Origin: Prochlorococcus sp. AG-347-N23
GTDB lineage: Bacteria > Cyanobacteriota > Cyanobacteriia > PCC-6307 > Cyanobiaceae
Length of the DNA stretch: 64,000 bases
Direction: 5' to 3'
Assembly: GCA_003281125.1 (NCBI GenBank)
Contig: QCCW01000003.1
Coordinates: 790-64,789, forward strand
Shown here: piece by piece, positions 54,324-64,000 of the stretch
Position numbering within the stretch: position 1 is the stretch's first letter
Layout: each line of letters opens with the position of its first letter
Program-made: the position numbers and the translations under genes
Notes under the pieces: generated by a model
Told to the model about the DNA's origin: nothing
Database searches by the model: none
What the model saw: only the letters and a program-made list of their open reading frames with translations

Positions 54324-55028
54324 TTAACTAATTAATGAACCTATAGGATCCCCAGCAACAGCCTTAGAAATGTTCCCTTTTTTGAATATATCAAATACCA
54401 TGATAGGGATATTATTATCTTTGCATAGTGCAATTGCAGTACTATCCATTACAGCGATTTCATCGCTGAGAACTTGCTGATAACTAAGAGAGGAATATTT
54501 TTTTGCATCTTTAAATTTATTAGGATCACAATTATATACTCCATCAACTTTGGTCGCCTTCATAACAACTTCGGCATTTATCTCCGCTGCCCTCAGAGCC
54601 GCTGTAGTATCAGTTGTGAAAAATGGATTTCCGCATCCACCTCCGAAAACCACAACCCTCCCTTTTTCAAGGTGTCTCATAGCTCTTCTTCTGATATAGG
54701 GTTCTGCAATTTCCTGCATTTCTATTGCAGTTTGAACTCTGGTTGCAACTCCTACTCTTTCTAAACCATCTTGAAGTGAAATAGCATTCATAACCGTTGC
54801 GAGCATCCCAACATAATCAGCTGTCGCTCTATCCATGCCATCTGCAGACCCTTTAAGCCCCCTAAAAATATTCCCGCCCCCAACAACTATTGCAAGTTGC
54901 ACATTATTTTCGACTACTTTTGAAACATCCTCTGCAATTGACTGAACTATAGCAGGATCAATACCATAAGGTTTTTCACCCATTAGTGCTTCACCACTAA
55001 GTTTTAAGAGAACTCTTTTGTAAGTCAT
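54324..55028 (-). CDS. pyrH: Uridylate kinase
   Basis: [30 protein letters not shown]. Confidence 0.97.
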   Translation of the reverse strand: MTYKRVLLKLSGEALMGEKPYGIDPAIVQSIAEDVSKVVENNVQLAIVVGGGNIFRGLKGSADGMDRATADYVGMLATVMNAISLQDGLERVGVATRVQTAIEMQEIAEPYIRRRAMRHLEKGRVVVFGGGCGNPFFTTDTTAALRAAEINAEVVMKATKVDGVYNCDPNKFKDAKKYSSLSYQQVLSDEIAVMDSTAIALCKDNNIPIMVFDIFKKGNISKAVAGDPIGSLIS

Positions 55029-55155
55029 TCAATAATTGTACTTTTATGACCTTAGCAAGTAAATGCACCAAATTTATTTTTTGTTCAGATATTGCTTGCG
55101 TCTTTAAACATTTCTAAACCTGCCTAAAGAAAATTTTAAAAATTATTATCTTTAA

Positions 55156-55848
55156 CTAAAATTCAACACACTTTTGCGCTTTTATTCCTTGTTCTTTAAA
55201 TGGATGTCTTACTAGTTTCATTTCTGTAACTAGATCAGCGTAATTGATGATTAAATCAGATGCTCCCCTTCCAGTTAAAACAATATGATTTTTTCTATTA
55301 TTTAAGCTTTTTAAAAAAGTGATTATTTCTTCGGGTGCGAGATAACCAAGTTTTGTCGCAATATTAATTTCATCAAGAATGATAAGCTTATAAGATTCGT
55401 TTTGTATATATTTTTTCGCTAATTGCCAAGCCTCTTGAACTAATTTTTCATCTCTTATTCTGTCTTGTGTTTCCCAAGTAAATCCCTCCCCTAATGAATG
55501 CCAAGAAAGGTTTGAAGAAAAGTTTTTAAGTGCTTTTTCTTCTCCAGTGGCCCAGCCTCCTTTGATAAATTGAATTATTGCTACTTTATAGCCGTGCCCT
55601 ATCGTCCTTAAAGCCATACCTAAAGATGCAGTTGTCTTGCCCTTGCCATTTCCTGTGAAAACAATTAGTAATCCTTTTTTTGTTTTTCTAATTTGTAGTC
55701 TTTCGGCTTGAATATCTTTTCTTTGCTGCATTCTTTTTTTATATGAGCTTTCATCACTGTCCGGTGATATTTTACCTCCCATTCCAAGTTTATTTGCTTG
55801 ATTATCGAGGTTAAATATTTTCTCGGAAAATGATGGTTTTTCTTTCAT
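55156..55848 (-). CDS. cobO: Cob(I)yrinic acid a,c-diamide adenosyltransferase
   Basis: TGNGKGKTTA, QFIKG, GFTW, LDEI, LTGR, ADLVTEM..HPF. Confidence 0.95.
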   Translation of the reverse strand: MKEKPSFSEKIFNLDNQANKLGMGGKISPDSDESSYKKRMQQRKDIQAERLQIRKTKKGLLIVFTGNGKGKTTASLGMALRTIGHGYKVAIIQFIKGGWATGEEKALKNFSSNLSWHSLGEGFTWETQDRIRDEKLVQEAWQLAKKYIQNESYKLIILDEINIATKLGYLAPEEIITFLKSLNNRKNHIVLTGRGASDLIINYADLVTEMKLVRHPFKEQGIKAQKCVEF

Positions 55849-55882
55849 ATGACCCTTATTTTTATTTTATTATTATAAATCT

Positions 55883-57052
55883 TTAAATATTTTTAACTCT
55901 TTTAACTTTTAAAAGTGCATTATTTACTGCCTGTTGTTGATCTCTTTTAGTAATCCAGTGGTGATAAGTTTGAGTATGTAAACTAACCGAATGTCCCATC
56001 ATTCTTGCAGCTACAGTATCAGGTAAATCATAAAAAATTGTTCTTACTGCCCAAGCATGCCTTAGATCATAAGGTTTTATTTGTAAAGAGTACCGCTTAA
56101 ACTGGTCTGTAATTTTTTTCCCAATATTTTGTAAGGTTGTAATTTTAAGGTCCCTATTGATATTTGGCAGAAGTTCTGGATTCTCACCAAGTTTTGATAA
56201 TTCGAACTTTTCCACCCATTCAGGATGAAATGGCCAAACTTGATGTTCCCCAGTTTTAGTGGTAGGTAAAACTCTAATAATTTTGTCTCCAAAATTAGTG
56301 AGAGAACTTAAATCACAAAAAAATACTTCATGATTCCTCAATCCATATGTAGCCATCAAACCAAAAACAAATTTCCAAGACTTGTTTGGTATCGTATCCC
56401 ACAGTTTTTCTATTAACTCGTCTTTAGGGAGATCCCTAAATCCTGCTTTATTCAGACCATATCCTCTAGAATTTAATTTCCAATCTTCTGGTAGTTTAAT
56501 GTCCAAAAACTTAGCCAAAACACTTAAAGAAGTAGCGCATTGTTTCCTACTTCTGCTACCTTCCTTGTAACTTTCAAGTGTTTTTTGAAATATTTTTTCT
56601 AAAGCGTCATTCTCATAATCATTGTAAATATTTAGGATTCTTTTCATATATGGTTTGTAAGAACTTCTCCAAGTAGTTTTTCTAGTGCTTGTTCGAAAAT
56701 CACTTTTATTTTCTTTAAAAAAAAATTCCTCAAATTGATTTAATCTATTTGGGAATTCAAAAACATCTTTTATTTCTTTTTTATAAGGTTTGCCTATCCA
56801 ATTTATCCAATCAAATTGATTCAATTCCAATTGCAAATTGATTAATTGTAATTTTTTTTTGGCCTCCTCTAATCCTGAAATATCAGCCTTTAAACCGAGA
56901 GATATTCTTTGTATTTTAAAGTTATTTTTATCTTCTTTAGAGGGTAGTGAACCACGGATATTTAATTTCTCTCCTCTTTTCTCAATTTTAAGCTTGCTGC
57001 CTTTAGTAGCAAATTTATCATTGACATTATTAATTTCCTGAATTACGTTCAT
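55883..57052 (-). CDS. Tyrosine recombinase (cyanobacterial XisA-like family)
   Basis: MATYGLRNHE (Arg I), TKTG (Lys), PYDLRHAWA (Arg II), MMGHS...TY (catalytic Tyr). Confidence 0.9.
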   Translation of the reverse strand: MNVIQEINNVNDKFATKGSKLKIEKRGEKLNIRGSLPSKEDKNNFKIQRISLGLKADISGLEEAKKKLQLINLQLELNQFDWINWIGKPYKKEIKDVFEFPNRLNQFEEFFFKENKSDFRTSTRKTTWRSSYKPYMKRILNIYNDYENDALEKIFQKTLESYKEGSRSRKQCATSLSVLAKFLDIKLPEDWKLNSRGYGLNKAGFRDLPKDELIEKLWDTIPNKSWKFVFGLMATYGLRNHEVFFCDLSSLTNFGDKIIRVLPTTKTGEHQVWPFHPEWVEKFELSKLGENPELLPNINRDLKITTLQNIGKKITDQFKRYSLQIKPYDLRHAWAVRTIFYDLPDTVAARMMGHSVSLHTQTYHHWITKRDQQQAVNNALLKVKRVKNI

Positions 57053-57117
57053 TTACTTATATAATTGTCCATATAATGACGTTTTAAATGTTGATTTTCA
57101 ATCTCCATAAATTTTAA

Positions 57118-58293
57118 ATGGATAAAATAGGCGTCTTACTAATGAATTTAGGAGGGCCTGAACGCATTACTGATGTAGGCCCTTTCTTATACAATCTCTT
57201 TTCTGATCCAGAAATAATCAGGACTCCATTTCCTTTTTTTCAAAAGCCCCTAGCTTGGTTAATTAGTACGCTTAGGAGTACCACTTCACAACAGGCCTAC
57301 CTTTCTATAGGTGGAGGTTCACCGATCAGAAGGATAACAGAACAACAGGCAAGAGAATTACAATCTAAATTAAGGGATAAAGGGTTTAATGCTACTACCT
57401 ATATCGCTATGAGATATTGGCATCCTTTTACCGAATCGGCAATTGCTGATATGAAAGCAGATGGCATAGATCAAGTTGTTGTAATACCCTTGTATCCACA
57501 TTTTTCGATAAGTACTAGTGGTTCGAGCTTTAGAGAATTAAAAAAATTGCGAGATTCTGATGATGAATTTAAGAAGGTTCCAATGAGATGTGTAAGGAGT
57601 TGGTTCAGTCAATCAGGTTATTTAAAGTCTATGGTCGAATTAATTTCTGAACAAATTTCACTTTGTGAATCACCTTCAAAAGCCCATATATTTTTTACTG
57701 CTCATGGAGTTCCTAAGAGTTACGTAGAGGAAGCTGGTGACCCTTATAAACAACAAATTGAAGATTGTTCTTTATTAATTATAAATGAGCTGGAAAAATG
57801 TTTAGGGCATAGTAACCCTTATACGCTCTCTTATCAAAGTAGAGTAGGTCCTGTTGAATGGTTGAAGCCTTATACTGAAGAAGTGTTAGCTGATCTTGGA
57901 AGGTCAAATGTTAATGATCTGATTGTGGTCCCTATAAGTTTCGTTGGAGAGCATATCGAAACATTGCAAGAAATTGATATTGAATATAAAGAAATTGCTG
58001 AAAAGGCTGGTATTAAAAACTTTCGGAGAGTTAAGGCTTTAAATACTCATCCTACTTTTATTGAAGGCCTTAGTGATCTAGTGATTTCCTGTTTGGAAGG
58101 ACCTCTTGTAAATATAGAGGAGGCTTCTCAGTTGCCTGAAAAAGTTAAACTTTATCCCCAAGAGAAGTGGCAATGGGGTTGGAATAATAGTTCAGAAGTT
58201 TGGAATGGAAGGGTTGCAATGATAATTTTTCTTGTGCTTTTTATTGAACTTATTTCAGGTTCTGGTCCTCTACATAAATTAGGCATTTTATAA
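57118..58293 (+). CDS. hemH: Ferrochelatase with C-terminal CAB/Hli-like domain
   Basis: [43 protein letters not shown]-terminal EVWNGRVAM. Confidence 0.97.
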   Translation: MDKIGVLLMNLGGPERITDVGPFLYNLFSDPEIIRTPFPFFQKPLAWLISTLRSTTSQQAYLSIGGGSPIRRITEQQARELQSKLRDKGFNATTYIAMRYWHPFTESAIADMKADGIDQVVVIPLYPHFSISTSGSSFRELKKLRDSDDEFKKVPMRCVRSWFSQSGYLKSMVELISEQISLCESPSKAHIFFTAHGVPKSYVEEAGDPYKQQIEDCSLLIINELEKCLGHSNPYTLSYQSRVGPVEWLKPYTEEVLADLGRSNVNDLIVVPISFVGEHIETLQEIDIEYKEIAEKAGIKNFRRVKALNTHPTFIEGLSDLVISCLEGPLVNIEEASQLPEKVKLYPQEKWQWGWNNSSEVWNGRVAMIIFLVLFIELISGSGPLHKLGIL

Positions 58294-58429
58294 AGTACAA
58301 TTGAAATTTATTTTAAAATTTTAAATTTATTGAAAGATTTTTTTGAATACATTTCTGACATTACATTTCTAAATGAGGCAAAAGTATTTAAATAAGTTTA
58401 ATATTTATAGTAAATATTGAATTTCTTTA

Positions 58430-60193
58430 GTGACCCTTACTTCGAGATCCTTTTCAAAGGGTAGTTTAAAACATGAAAATCCAGTTTGGATAACTGGTGC
58501 AGATGCACTAATGGATTCTTTAAAAATTCATGGGGTAAAAATTATATTTGGATATCCTGGAGGAGCTATATTACCAATATATGATGCTGTTCATAAGGCA
58601 GAAGAAGAAGGTTGGTTAAAGCATTATATGGTTAGGCATGAACAAGGTGGTTCTCATGCGGCTGATGGATATGCAAGATCTACTGGTGAAGTAGGAGTAT
58701 GTTTTGGGACCTCGGGCCCAGGTGCAACAAATTTGGTAACTGGAATTGCCACTGCGCAAATGGATTCAGTCCCCCTAGTTGTAGTTACAGGTCAAGTCCC
58801 AAGACCTGCTATAGGGACAGACGCTTTTCAAGAAACTGATATTTTTGGTATAACTCTTCCAATAGTGAAACATTCATGGGTAATAAGAGATCCTTCAGAT
58901 ATCGGGAAAGTAGTATCTGAAGCTTTTTTTATAGCCTCATCTGGGAGACCTGGCCCTGTCTTAATTGATATACCCAAAGATGTAGGTCAGGAGTTTTTTA
59001 ATTATCAAAGAGTTTTGCCTGGTGAGATTATTCCTAAAGGTTTTAAAAGGAATGGAGAAATTAATGATTGCGATATCAATAAAGCAATTAAATTAATAGA
59101 AGATTCTGAAAGACCTCTTCTATACGTAGGAGGTGGGGCAATATCTTCAGGGGCTCATGATGAAATAAAAACTTTGGCTAAGAATTATCAAATACCAGTT
59201 ACCACAACCTTAATGGGGAAAGGCGCTTTTGATGAAAAAGACACTTTATCATTAGGGATGTTAGGAATGCATGGAACTGCTTACGCAAATTTCGCCGTTA
59301 CAGAATGCGATCTTTTAATTGCTATTGGAGCTAGATTCGATGATAGGGTAACAGGAAAATTAGATACTTTTGCGCCTAACGCAAAGGTAATTCACATAGA
59401 TATTGACCCAGCAGAAGTTAATAAAAATAGACGTGTAGATGTTGCAATTGTTTCTGATGTTTCAAAAGCCGTTCTCAAAATTAATGAACAATCTTTAAAT
59501 CACAAATTTACTTGTCAAACGAAAAACTGGTTAGAAAAAATTGATTTTTGGAAAAATAAACACCCTTTATATGACCCACCTAAAGAAGGAGAAATTTACC
59601 CTCAGGAGGTTCTTTTAAAAGTGAGGGAACTTTCACCCGAAGCTTATGTAACTACAGATGTAGGACAACATCAGATGTGGGCTGCTCAATACCTTAGGAA
59701 TTCTCCAAGAAAATGGATTAGTAGTGCGGGCTTAGGAACTATGGGTTTTGGATTGCCAGCTGCAATTGGAGTAAAAGTAGCATTACCTAATTCAGATGTA
59801 ATTTGTATTGCAGGAGATGCAAGTGTTTTAATGAATATTCAAGAATTAGGAACTTTATCTCAATATGGTCTAAAGGTGAAATTGATTATTATAAATAATC
59901 GCTGGCAAGGGATGGTAAGACAATGGCAGGAAAGTTTCTACGATGAAAGATATTCCTCATCTGATATGAGTTGTGGTGAACCTGATTTTGTAAAACTTGC
60001 TGAATCTTTTGGAGTTAAAGGATACTTAATTTCTGATAGAAAAGGATTACAATTTGAATTAAAAAATGCGCTTGATCATGACGGCCCTGCCTTGATTAAT
60101 ATTCTTGTCAGAAGAGGTGAAAATTGTTATCCAATGGTTCCCCCTGGTAAAAGTAACGCTCAAATGGTTGGATATGTTAATTGTGAAGACTAA
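58430..60193 (+). CDS. ilvB: Acetolactate synthase large subunit
   Basis: [42 protein letters not shown]...NN TPP motif. Confidence 0.96.
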   Translation: MTLTSRSFSKGSLKHENPVWITGADALMDSLKIHGVKIIFGYPGGAILPIYDAVHKAEEEGWLKHYMVRHEQGGSHAADGYARSTGEVGVCFGTSGPGATNLVTGIATAQMDSVPLVVVTGQVPRPAIGTDAFQETDIFGITLPIVKHSWVIRDPSDIGKVVSEAFFIASSGRPGPVLIDIPKDVGQEFFNYQRVLPGEIIPKGFKRNGEINDCDINKAIKLIEDSERPLLYVGGGAISSGAHDEIKTLAKNYQIPVTTTLMGKGAFDEKDTLSLGMLGMHGTAYANFAVTECDLLIAIGARFDDRVTGKLDTFAPNAKVIHIDIDPAEVNKNRRVDVAIVSDVSKAVLKINEQSLNHKFTCQTKNWLEKIDFWKNKHPLYDPPKEGEIYPQEVLLKVRELSPEAYVTTDVGQHQMWAAQYLRNSPRKWISSAGLGTMGFGLPAAIGVKVALPNSDVICIAGDASVLMNIQELGTLSQYGLKVKLIIINNRWQGMVRQWQESFYDERYSSSDMSCGEPDFVKLAESFGVKGYLISDRKGLQFELKNALDHDGPALINILVRRGENCYPMVPPGKSNAQMVGYVNCED

Positions 60194-60259
60194 TATTTTT
60201 TTAAATTCGTCATTTTAAAAAATTAACTTTAAGATAATTTAAAAACTTAAATACTATAA

Positions 60260-60610
60260 TTGAAAAAATTATTAAAAATTTTACTTTTATTCTGCTTAAT
60301 TGCTCTTAATCCTGTAATAGTTAACTCTGCTGAAATTCTTCAAATTAAAAGTTCAAATACTATTTTGGTGGGTGATCAAAATAGGAATTTAACTATTGAA
60401 TTATTTTGTGTAGATGTAAATGAAAATGATGAGCTCGAAGCAACTAATTTACTTAAAAGTGAATTCCCAAGAGGAAGCAAAGTAAAAATAAAACCTTTTG
60501 GTTTTAAAGAGGATTTATTATTAGCCAAAGTTTTTAATGTTAAAGGTACTAAGGAGATGACTAAATTATTACTTGCTAAAGACTTAACTAGTGAAATTTG
60601 TCCAAGTTAA
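60260..60610 (+). CDS. Exported protein, possible degenerate SNase-like OB fold
   Basis: Signal peptide ending VNSA-E; beta-rich pattern resembling thermonuclease without the catalytic acidic motif. Confidence 0.6.
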   Translation: MKKLLKILLLFCLIALNPVIVNSAEILQIKSSNTILVGDQNRNLTIELFCVDVNENDELEATNLLKSEFPRGSKVKIKPFGFKEDLLLAKVFNVKGTKEMTKLLLAKDLTSEICPS

Positions 60611-60616
60611 CTATCT

Positions 60617-61399
60617 CTAATAGCTAATAAAATTCCATTGCCTAGAGATTGTTTTGTTCCTTCTCCAGGAATTAAATTTATTTTTAAATTTGTATGTGCA
60701 TAAATTTGAGATGTCTATATTTTTATTAGAAATGTTCTCATTTAAAAGTTGTCTATAGGCAGATTTTTTCAGGTCAAGTTGATTTAAGTTTTGCTCTTTA
60801 AAGTGATTTGAATCACTAAAACAAAGATCTTTTTCAGTTTTAGTCAAATTGACCGTTATTTTTTTATTTTCGGCTTTTCTATAAAATTCTTTGAGTGTTA
60901 TTTTATCAACTAGATAATGTTCCTTAGAAATCGCTGGTCCTATTGCAACAAGTAAGTCATCTCTAGATGTCCCAAAGTTATCAAAAATTTTAACTAGATT
61001 TTTTATTATTCTTTTTTCTAGACCTTTTCTTCCACAATGCAAGGCTGCTATATTTCTTGTTCTTTTATCTGCAAAAAATATTGGCATGCAATCAGCTGTG
61101 TAAACCCATAAGTTTTGATTACGATAATCACCAACAAGGCCATCTGCATCAGTCTTACTCCCTTCTTGAGAATGCGATCCCAAGACAATAGCATTACTGT
61201 GAATTTGATTAGAAACACAATTTATATGATTTTCATTAAATTGATTCCCTAATAATTCAAGAAATTTTTCAGAGCTAGACTTCGTAAAGTATGCATGTTT
61301 GAAATTATATTGACTAAGGATAGGCGATGAATAATACTCAAATTTTTTGTTTTGAATAAAAATTTCAGCTTTTAAGAAATTTATTTCTTTGTAAGGAAT
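60617..61399 (-). CDS. pgeF: PgeF/YfiH (laccase-domain, purine nucleoside phosphorylase-like) protein; probable ATT start at 61399
   Basis: KHAYFTK, QIHSN, ADGL, TADCMPI, HCGRKG, IGPAIS, SWRR; frame is open for 72 codons upstream of the ORF-track TTG (61183) with no ATG/GTG/TTG. Confidence 0.88.
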   Translation of the reverse strand: MPYKEINFLKAEIFIQNKKFEYYSSPILSQYNFKHAYFTKSSSEKFLELLGNQFNENHINCVSNQIHSNAIVLGSHSQEGSKTDADGLVGDYRNQNLWVYTADCMPIFFADKRTRNIAALHCGRKGLEKRIIKNLVKIFDNFGTSRDDLLVAIGPAISKEHYLVDKITLKEFYRKAENKKITVNLTKTEKDLCFSDSNHFKEQNLNQLDLKKSAYRQLLNENISNKNIDISNLCTYKFKNKFNSWRRNKTISRQWNFISY

Positions 61400-61421
61400 A
61401 GTTCCTGCTCCTAAACTGAAT

Positions 61422-62327
61422 TTATGAAATTAATTCAATATCTCTCAAGATCCAGAATCCTGCAAATTTTTCGATGAATGGTGTTGCCTGAATGGAAATA
61501 AATTGATAACCAAAAGATTTTTTTTTGTTCTCTAAAAACTTTGCACTTAAAATGTTTGCATCTTTATCTGGCAAATCTGTTACCAGCCACTTATCGTCTT
61601 CTGAAGCTTCTAGTATGAGTTGGTTCTTATTAATGACTAACTTAATAGGTTCTAAACAACTGAACCATGCAGAAAGTGCCAAAGATCTATCTTTGCTAAA
61701 AAGTCTTAATCCTGGAACTAAGTAATTATCATTCAAATTTTGCTGAATTGGGAAAATATCTCCAAATTCTATAGGCCAATTTTCTGCTGATTTTAATTCG
61801 CCAATTGATATTTCAGAAATAGTTAAAGCATCACCCCTTACTGCTTCTGGTAGAGGTTGAGGAGGGTTTTCCATTTTAGAAGTAAATGTTGGAGCTAATA
61901 CACCTCTTACATAACCTTTTTCCTTTGGATAAATCTCTTTTTCAAGAAATTCGATTCTATCTAATAAATCGTAAGTTCTCCTACTTACAAGAGCCTCAAT
62001 ACCTATGGCTTCCAAGGCTTTCTTAATGATCGATTTCATTGACGACCTCCAGAATCGAACTATTGAAGGTTTAGCCCACCCTTGTTTTTTTGCTTCACTT
62101 ATTGCTTCATTTAGTGCCTTTATAAGCCATACTGAATTAACTTCATTGGCAGGGCATTTTTTATTCCAAAAAAAAATATCTTCTGTCTTATAACTTCTTG
62201 AGGAGCAAATAATTAACTCCCACCTTTTTTTCCCATTTAGTTCAATAATTGGTCTTGAGTAAAAGTCTAATTCCCAATCTGATATTTTTAATTTAAGACT
62301 AGACTCCATTTTTTTATTGCTGTTCAT
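61422..62327 (-). CDS. Tab2/Atab2 family RNA-binding protein (DUF1092)
   Basis: WELDFYSRP...GKKRWEL, VNS.WL, SRRT, PLPEAVRG, FAGFW.L. Confidence 0.92.
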   Translation of the reverse strand: MNSNKKMESSLKLKISDWELDFYSRPIIELNGKKRWELIICSSRSYKTEDIFFWNKKCPANEVNSVWLIKALNEAISEAKKQGWAKPSIVRFWRSSMKSIIKKALEAIGIEALVSRRTYDLLDRIEFLEKEIYPKEKGYVRGVLAPTFTSKMENPPQPLPEAVRGDALTISEISIGELKSAENWPIEFGDIFPIQQNLNDNYLVPGLRLFSKDRSLALSAWFSCLEPIKLVINKNQLILEASEDDKWLVTDLPDKDANILSAKFLENKKKSFGYQFISIQATPFIEKFAGFWILRDIELIS

Positions 62328-63538
62328 TTGTCTTGTTTTTTATCGAAAAGTGCTTTAGTTTTTAATGCTCTCTCTGTGGCTTCTTGCATAACTTTTTGCT
62401 TATCAATAATTAGTTCTCCCGCTGAGTTCTCCAAGAGTGCTGTATTGAGACCGATGCGCCCTTTTTCGAGGTCAATTTCAGATATTAAAGCTTTTATAAT
62501 TTCCCCTTCTCTAAAAATTTCTCGTAAAGAACGAATCGATCCATTTGTAAGTGAGGATTGATGAAGAAGTCCACTAGCTCCACCTAAATCGATAAAGAAG
62601 CCATATGGTTTTACTGCTAAAACTTCTCCTTCAATTAATTGACCCAATTTTAAACTTTTAAATTTAGAGACTAATAATGCTTTCTTTTCAGAGAGAACTA
62701 ATTTTCTGGCTTCTGGATTCACCTCAAGAAACGATACTTTTATAGTTTTGCCAACAAAAGATTCATGGTCTTGACCATCTTCAAGTTGGGATCTTGGGAT
62801 GAATCCTCTCAATCCATCTACATCACATGTAAGTCCACCTCTGTTAAATCCATTAATTAACACATCAATTAATTCTCCATTTTTTGCGAAACTTGAAACT
62901 TTCTCCCAACTTTGCCTGAGAATTAAGGCACGAGCGCTTACTGTTACCATCCCATCAGCATTTTGTTCTTTGATAACCAAAACTTCCATTTCAAGGCCTA
63001 AAGAAAACTTTTCTTTAAAGTTAGTTATGACACCCAAACAACATTCTTTTTTGGGCATATAACCAGGTGCTTTTCCACCAATGTCAACATATAATCCATC
63101 ACTCTCTATTGCTATAACCTTACCTGAAATTGTTTCTCCTGTAGCCCCAATTGGCTCATTTGCATTTAAAGCCTCCAAAAAAGCTCTTTCATCAAAATCG
63201 AATTCATCAACTGTTCTTTCTAGTTGAAAATCCGTGTTTTGCTCATAAAAATTATAAGGTCTATTTAAGTCTTGTTGAGTTAAATCTTGTTGAGGAATAT
63301 CAAAATTTTCATTGGTTTTATTACTGTCCTCAATCTCATTTACTGAATAATTTTTAATGACTTGAGGTTTGATTGCAATATTTTCTTTTTTAAATTCTTC
63401 TTGCGAATTGGTTTGCTCATTATGTATTTCTTGAGATTTTTTTTGAGTATCTTTCTTACTTATATGAAGTACCTGAAGAGGTTTTTTATCGCCCTTTGGT
63501 TGGATATTATCTTGGGGATTTTTATTATTGACACCCAT
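62324..63538 (-). CDS. rps1b: 30S ribosomal protein S1 homologue B (three S1 domains, low-complexity N-terminus)
   Basis: VDIGGKA.G, NRGG...GLRGFIPRS, KPYG.FIDLGG.SGLLH. Confidence 0.88.
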   Translation of the reverse strand: MGVNNKNPQDNIQPKGDKKPLQVLHISKKDTQKKSQEIHNEQTNSQEEFKKENIAIKPQVIKNYSVNEIEDSNKTNENFDIPQQDLTQQDLNRPYNFYEQNTDFQLERTVDEFDFDERAFLEALNANEPIGATGETISGKVIAIESDGLYVDIGGKAPGYMPKKECCLGVITNFKEKFSLGLEMEVLVIKEQNADGMVTVSARALILRQSWEKVSSFAKNGELIDVLINGFNRGGLTCDVDGLRGFIPRSQLEDGQDHESFVGKTIKVSFLEVNPEARKLVLSEKKALLVSKFKSLKLGQLIEGEVLAVKPYGFFIDLGGASGLLHQSSLTNGSIRSLREIFREGEIIKALISEIDLEKGRIGLNTALLENSAGELIIDKQKVMQEATERALKTKALFDKKQDK

Positions 63539-63604
63539 CGTAGGTAAAATAAGAATAATTAATTATTAACATACTCTAAATGTTAGTACTCAAAATTAAA
63601 ATTA

Positions 63605-64000
63605 ATGAACTTTAAACCAATACCTAATAAATTTGAATATTTAAATTGGCAAGAAATTGAGAGTGTTGCAAAAAACAAAAGATCAACAGTGATTTGGCCA
63701 TTCGGTTCTATTGAGCAGCATGGCCCACATTTGCCTCTCGCTACAGATAGTATTTTTGTTGATGAAATAATTAGCGAAGTTTTAAAATTATTCTCTGCCG
63801 ATATTCCATTAAAAAAACTTCCAACTCAATATATTGGTTTTGCTCCAGAACATAAGGGTTTTGCCGGGACAATTTCACTTTCCTCAAATTTAATAACCTC
63901 GATGATTAAAGAAGTCGGAGGTCAATTATCTGAAATGGGTTTTAAAAGATTGATATTGGTTAATGGACATGGAGGTCAAATCTCACTATTAAATACAGCT
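63605..64000 (+). CDS. Creatininase family protein (partial; runs off the window end)
   Basis: Manual translation MNFKPIPNKFEYLNWQEI...PFGSIEQHGPHLPLATD...EH..FAGTISL...NGHGG. Confidence 0.92.
   Translation, partial: MNFKPIPNKFEYLNWQEIESVAKNKRSTVIWPFGSIEQHGPHLPLATDSIFVDEIISEVLKLFSADIPLKKLPTQYIGFAPEHKGFAGTISLSSNLITSMIKEVGGQLSEMGFKRLILVNGHGGQISLLNTA

Noticed and set aside
58150-58293. Hli/CAB motif at the end of hemH as a novel fusion
   Set aside because: A C-terminal CAB domain is the well-known normal state of cyanobacterial ferrochelatase.
60617-61430. pgeF as a truncated or frameshifted pseudogene (only 188 aa in the ORF track)
   Set aside because: Manual translation shows the frame open upstream with conserved motifs and no frameshift; a non-canonical start explains it better.

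Overview
AT-rich (roughly 30% GC, estimated by eye), gene-dense core-genome segment of a marine picocyanobacterium, almost certainly a high-light Prochlorococcus. Markers include psaF/psaJ, a single-copy hli gene, the Prochlorococcus/Synechococcus hyperconserved protein between tRNA-Asp and tRNA-Trp, psb27, CAB-tailed ferrochelatase and Tab2. About 70 housekeeping or conserved genes and two tRNAs are present. I see no genomic island, prophage, IS element or CRISPR array. The clearest anomaly is a junction at about 6199-6206, where a C-terminally truncated ctaD runs head-on into a C-terminally truncated NFACT/RqcH gene through a short microhomology. This is either an inversion breakpoint or, more likely, a whole-genome-amplification or assembly chimera. 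Other leads are an apparent ATT start codon with a strong Shine-Dalgarno for pgeF, a structured leader upstream of rpoD, an FtsL-like gene coupled to ftsI, an orphan XisA-like tyrosine recombinase, a degenerate second pyrophosphatase and a trio of nucleotide-binding proteins of unknown function. I cannot support a claim of a wholly new biological system from this sequence alone.
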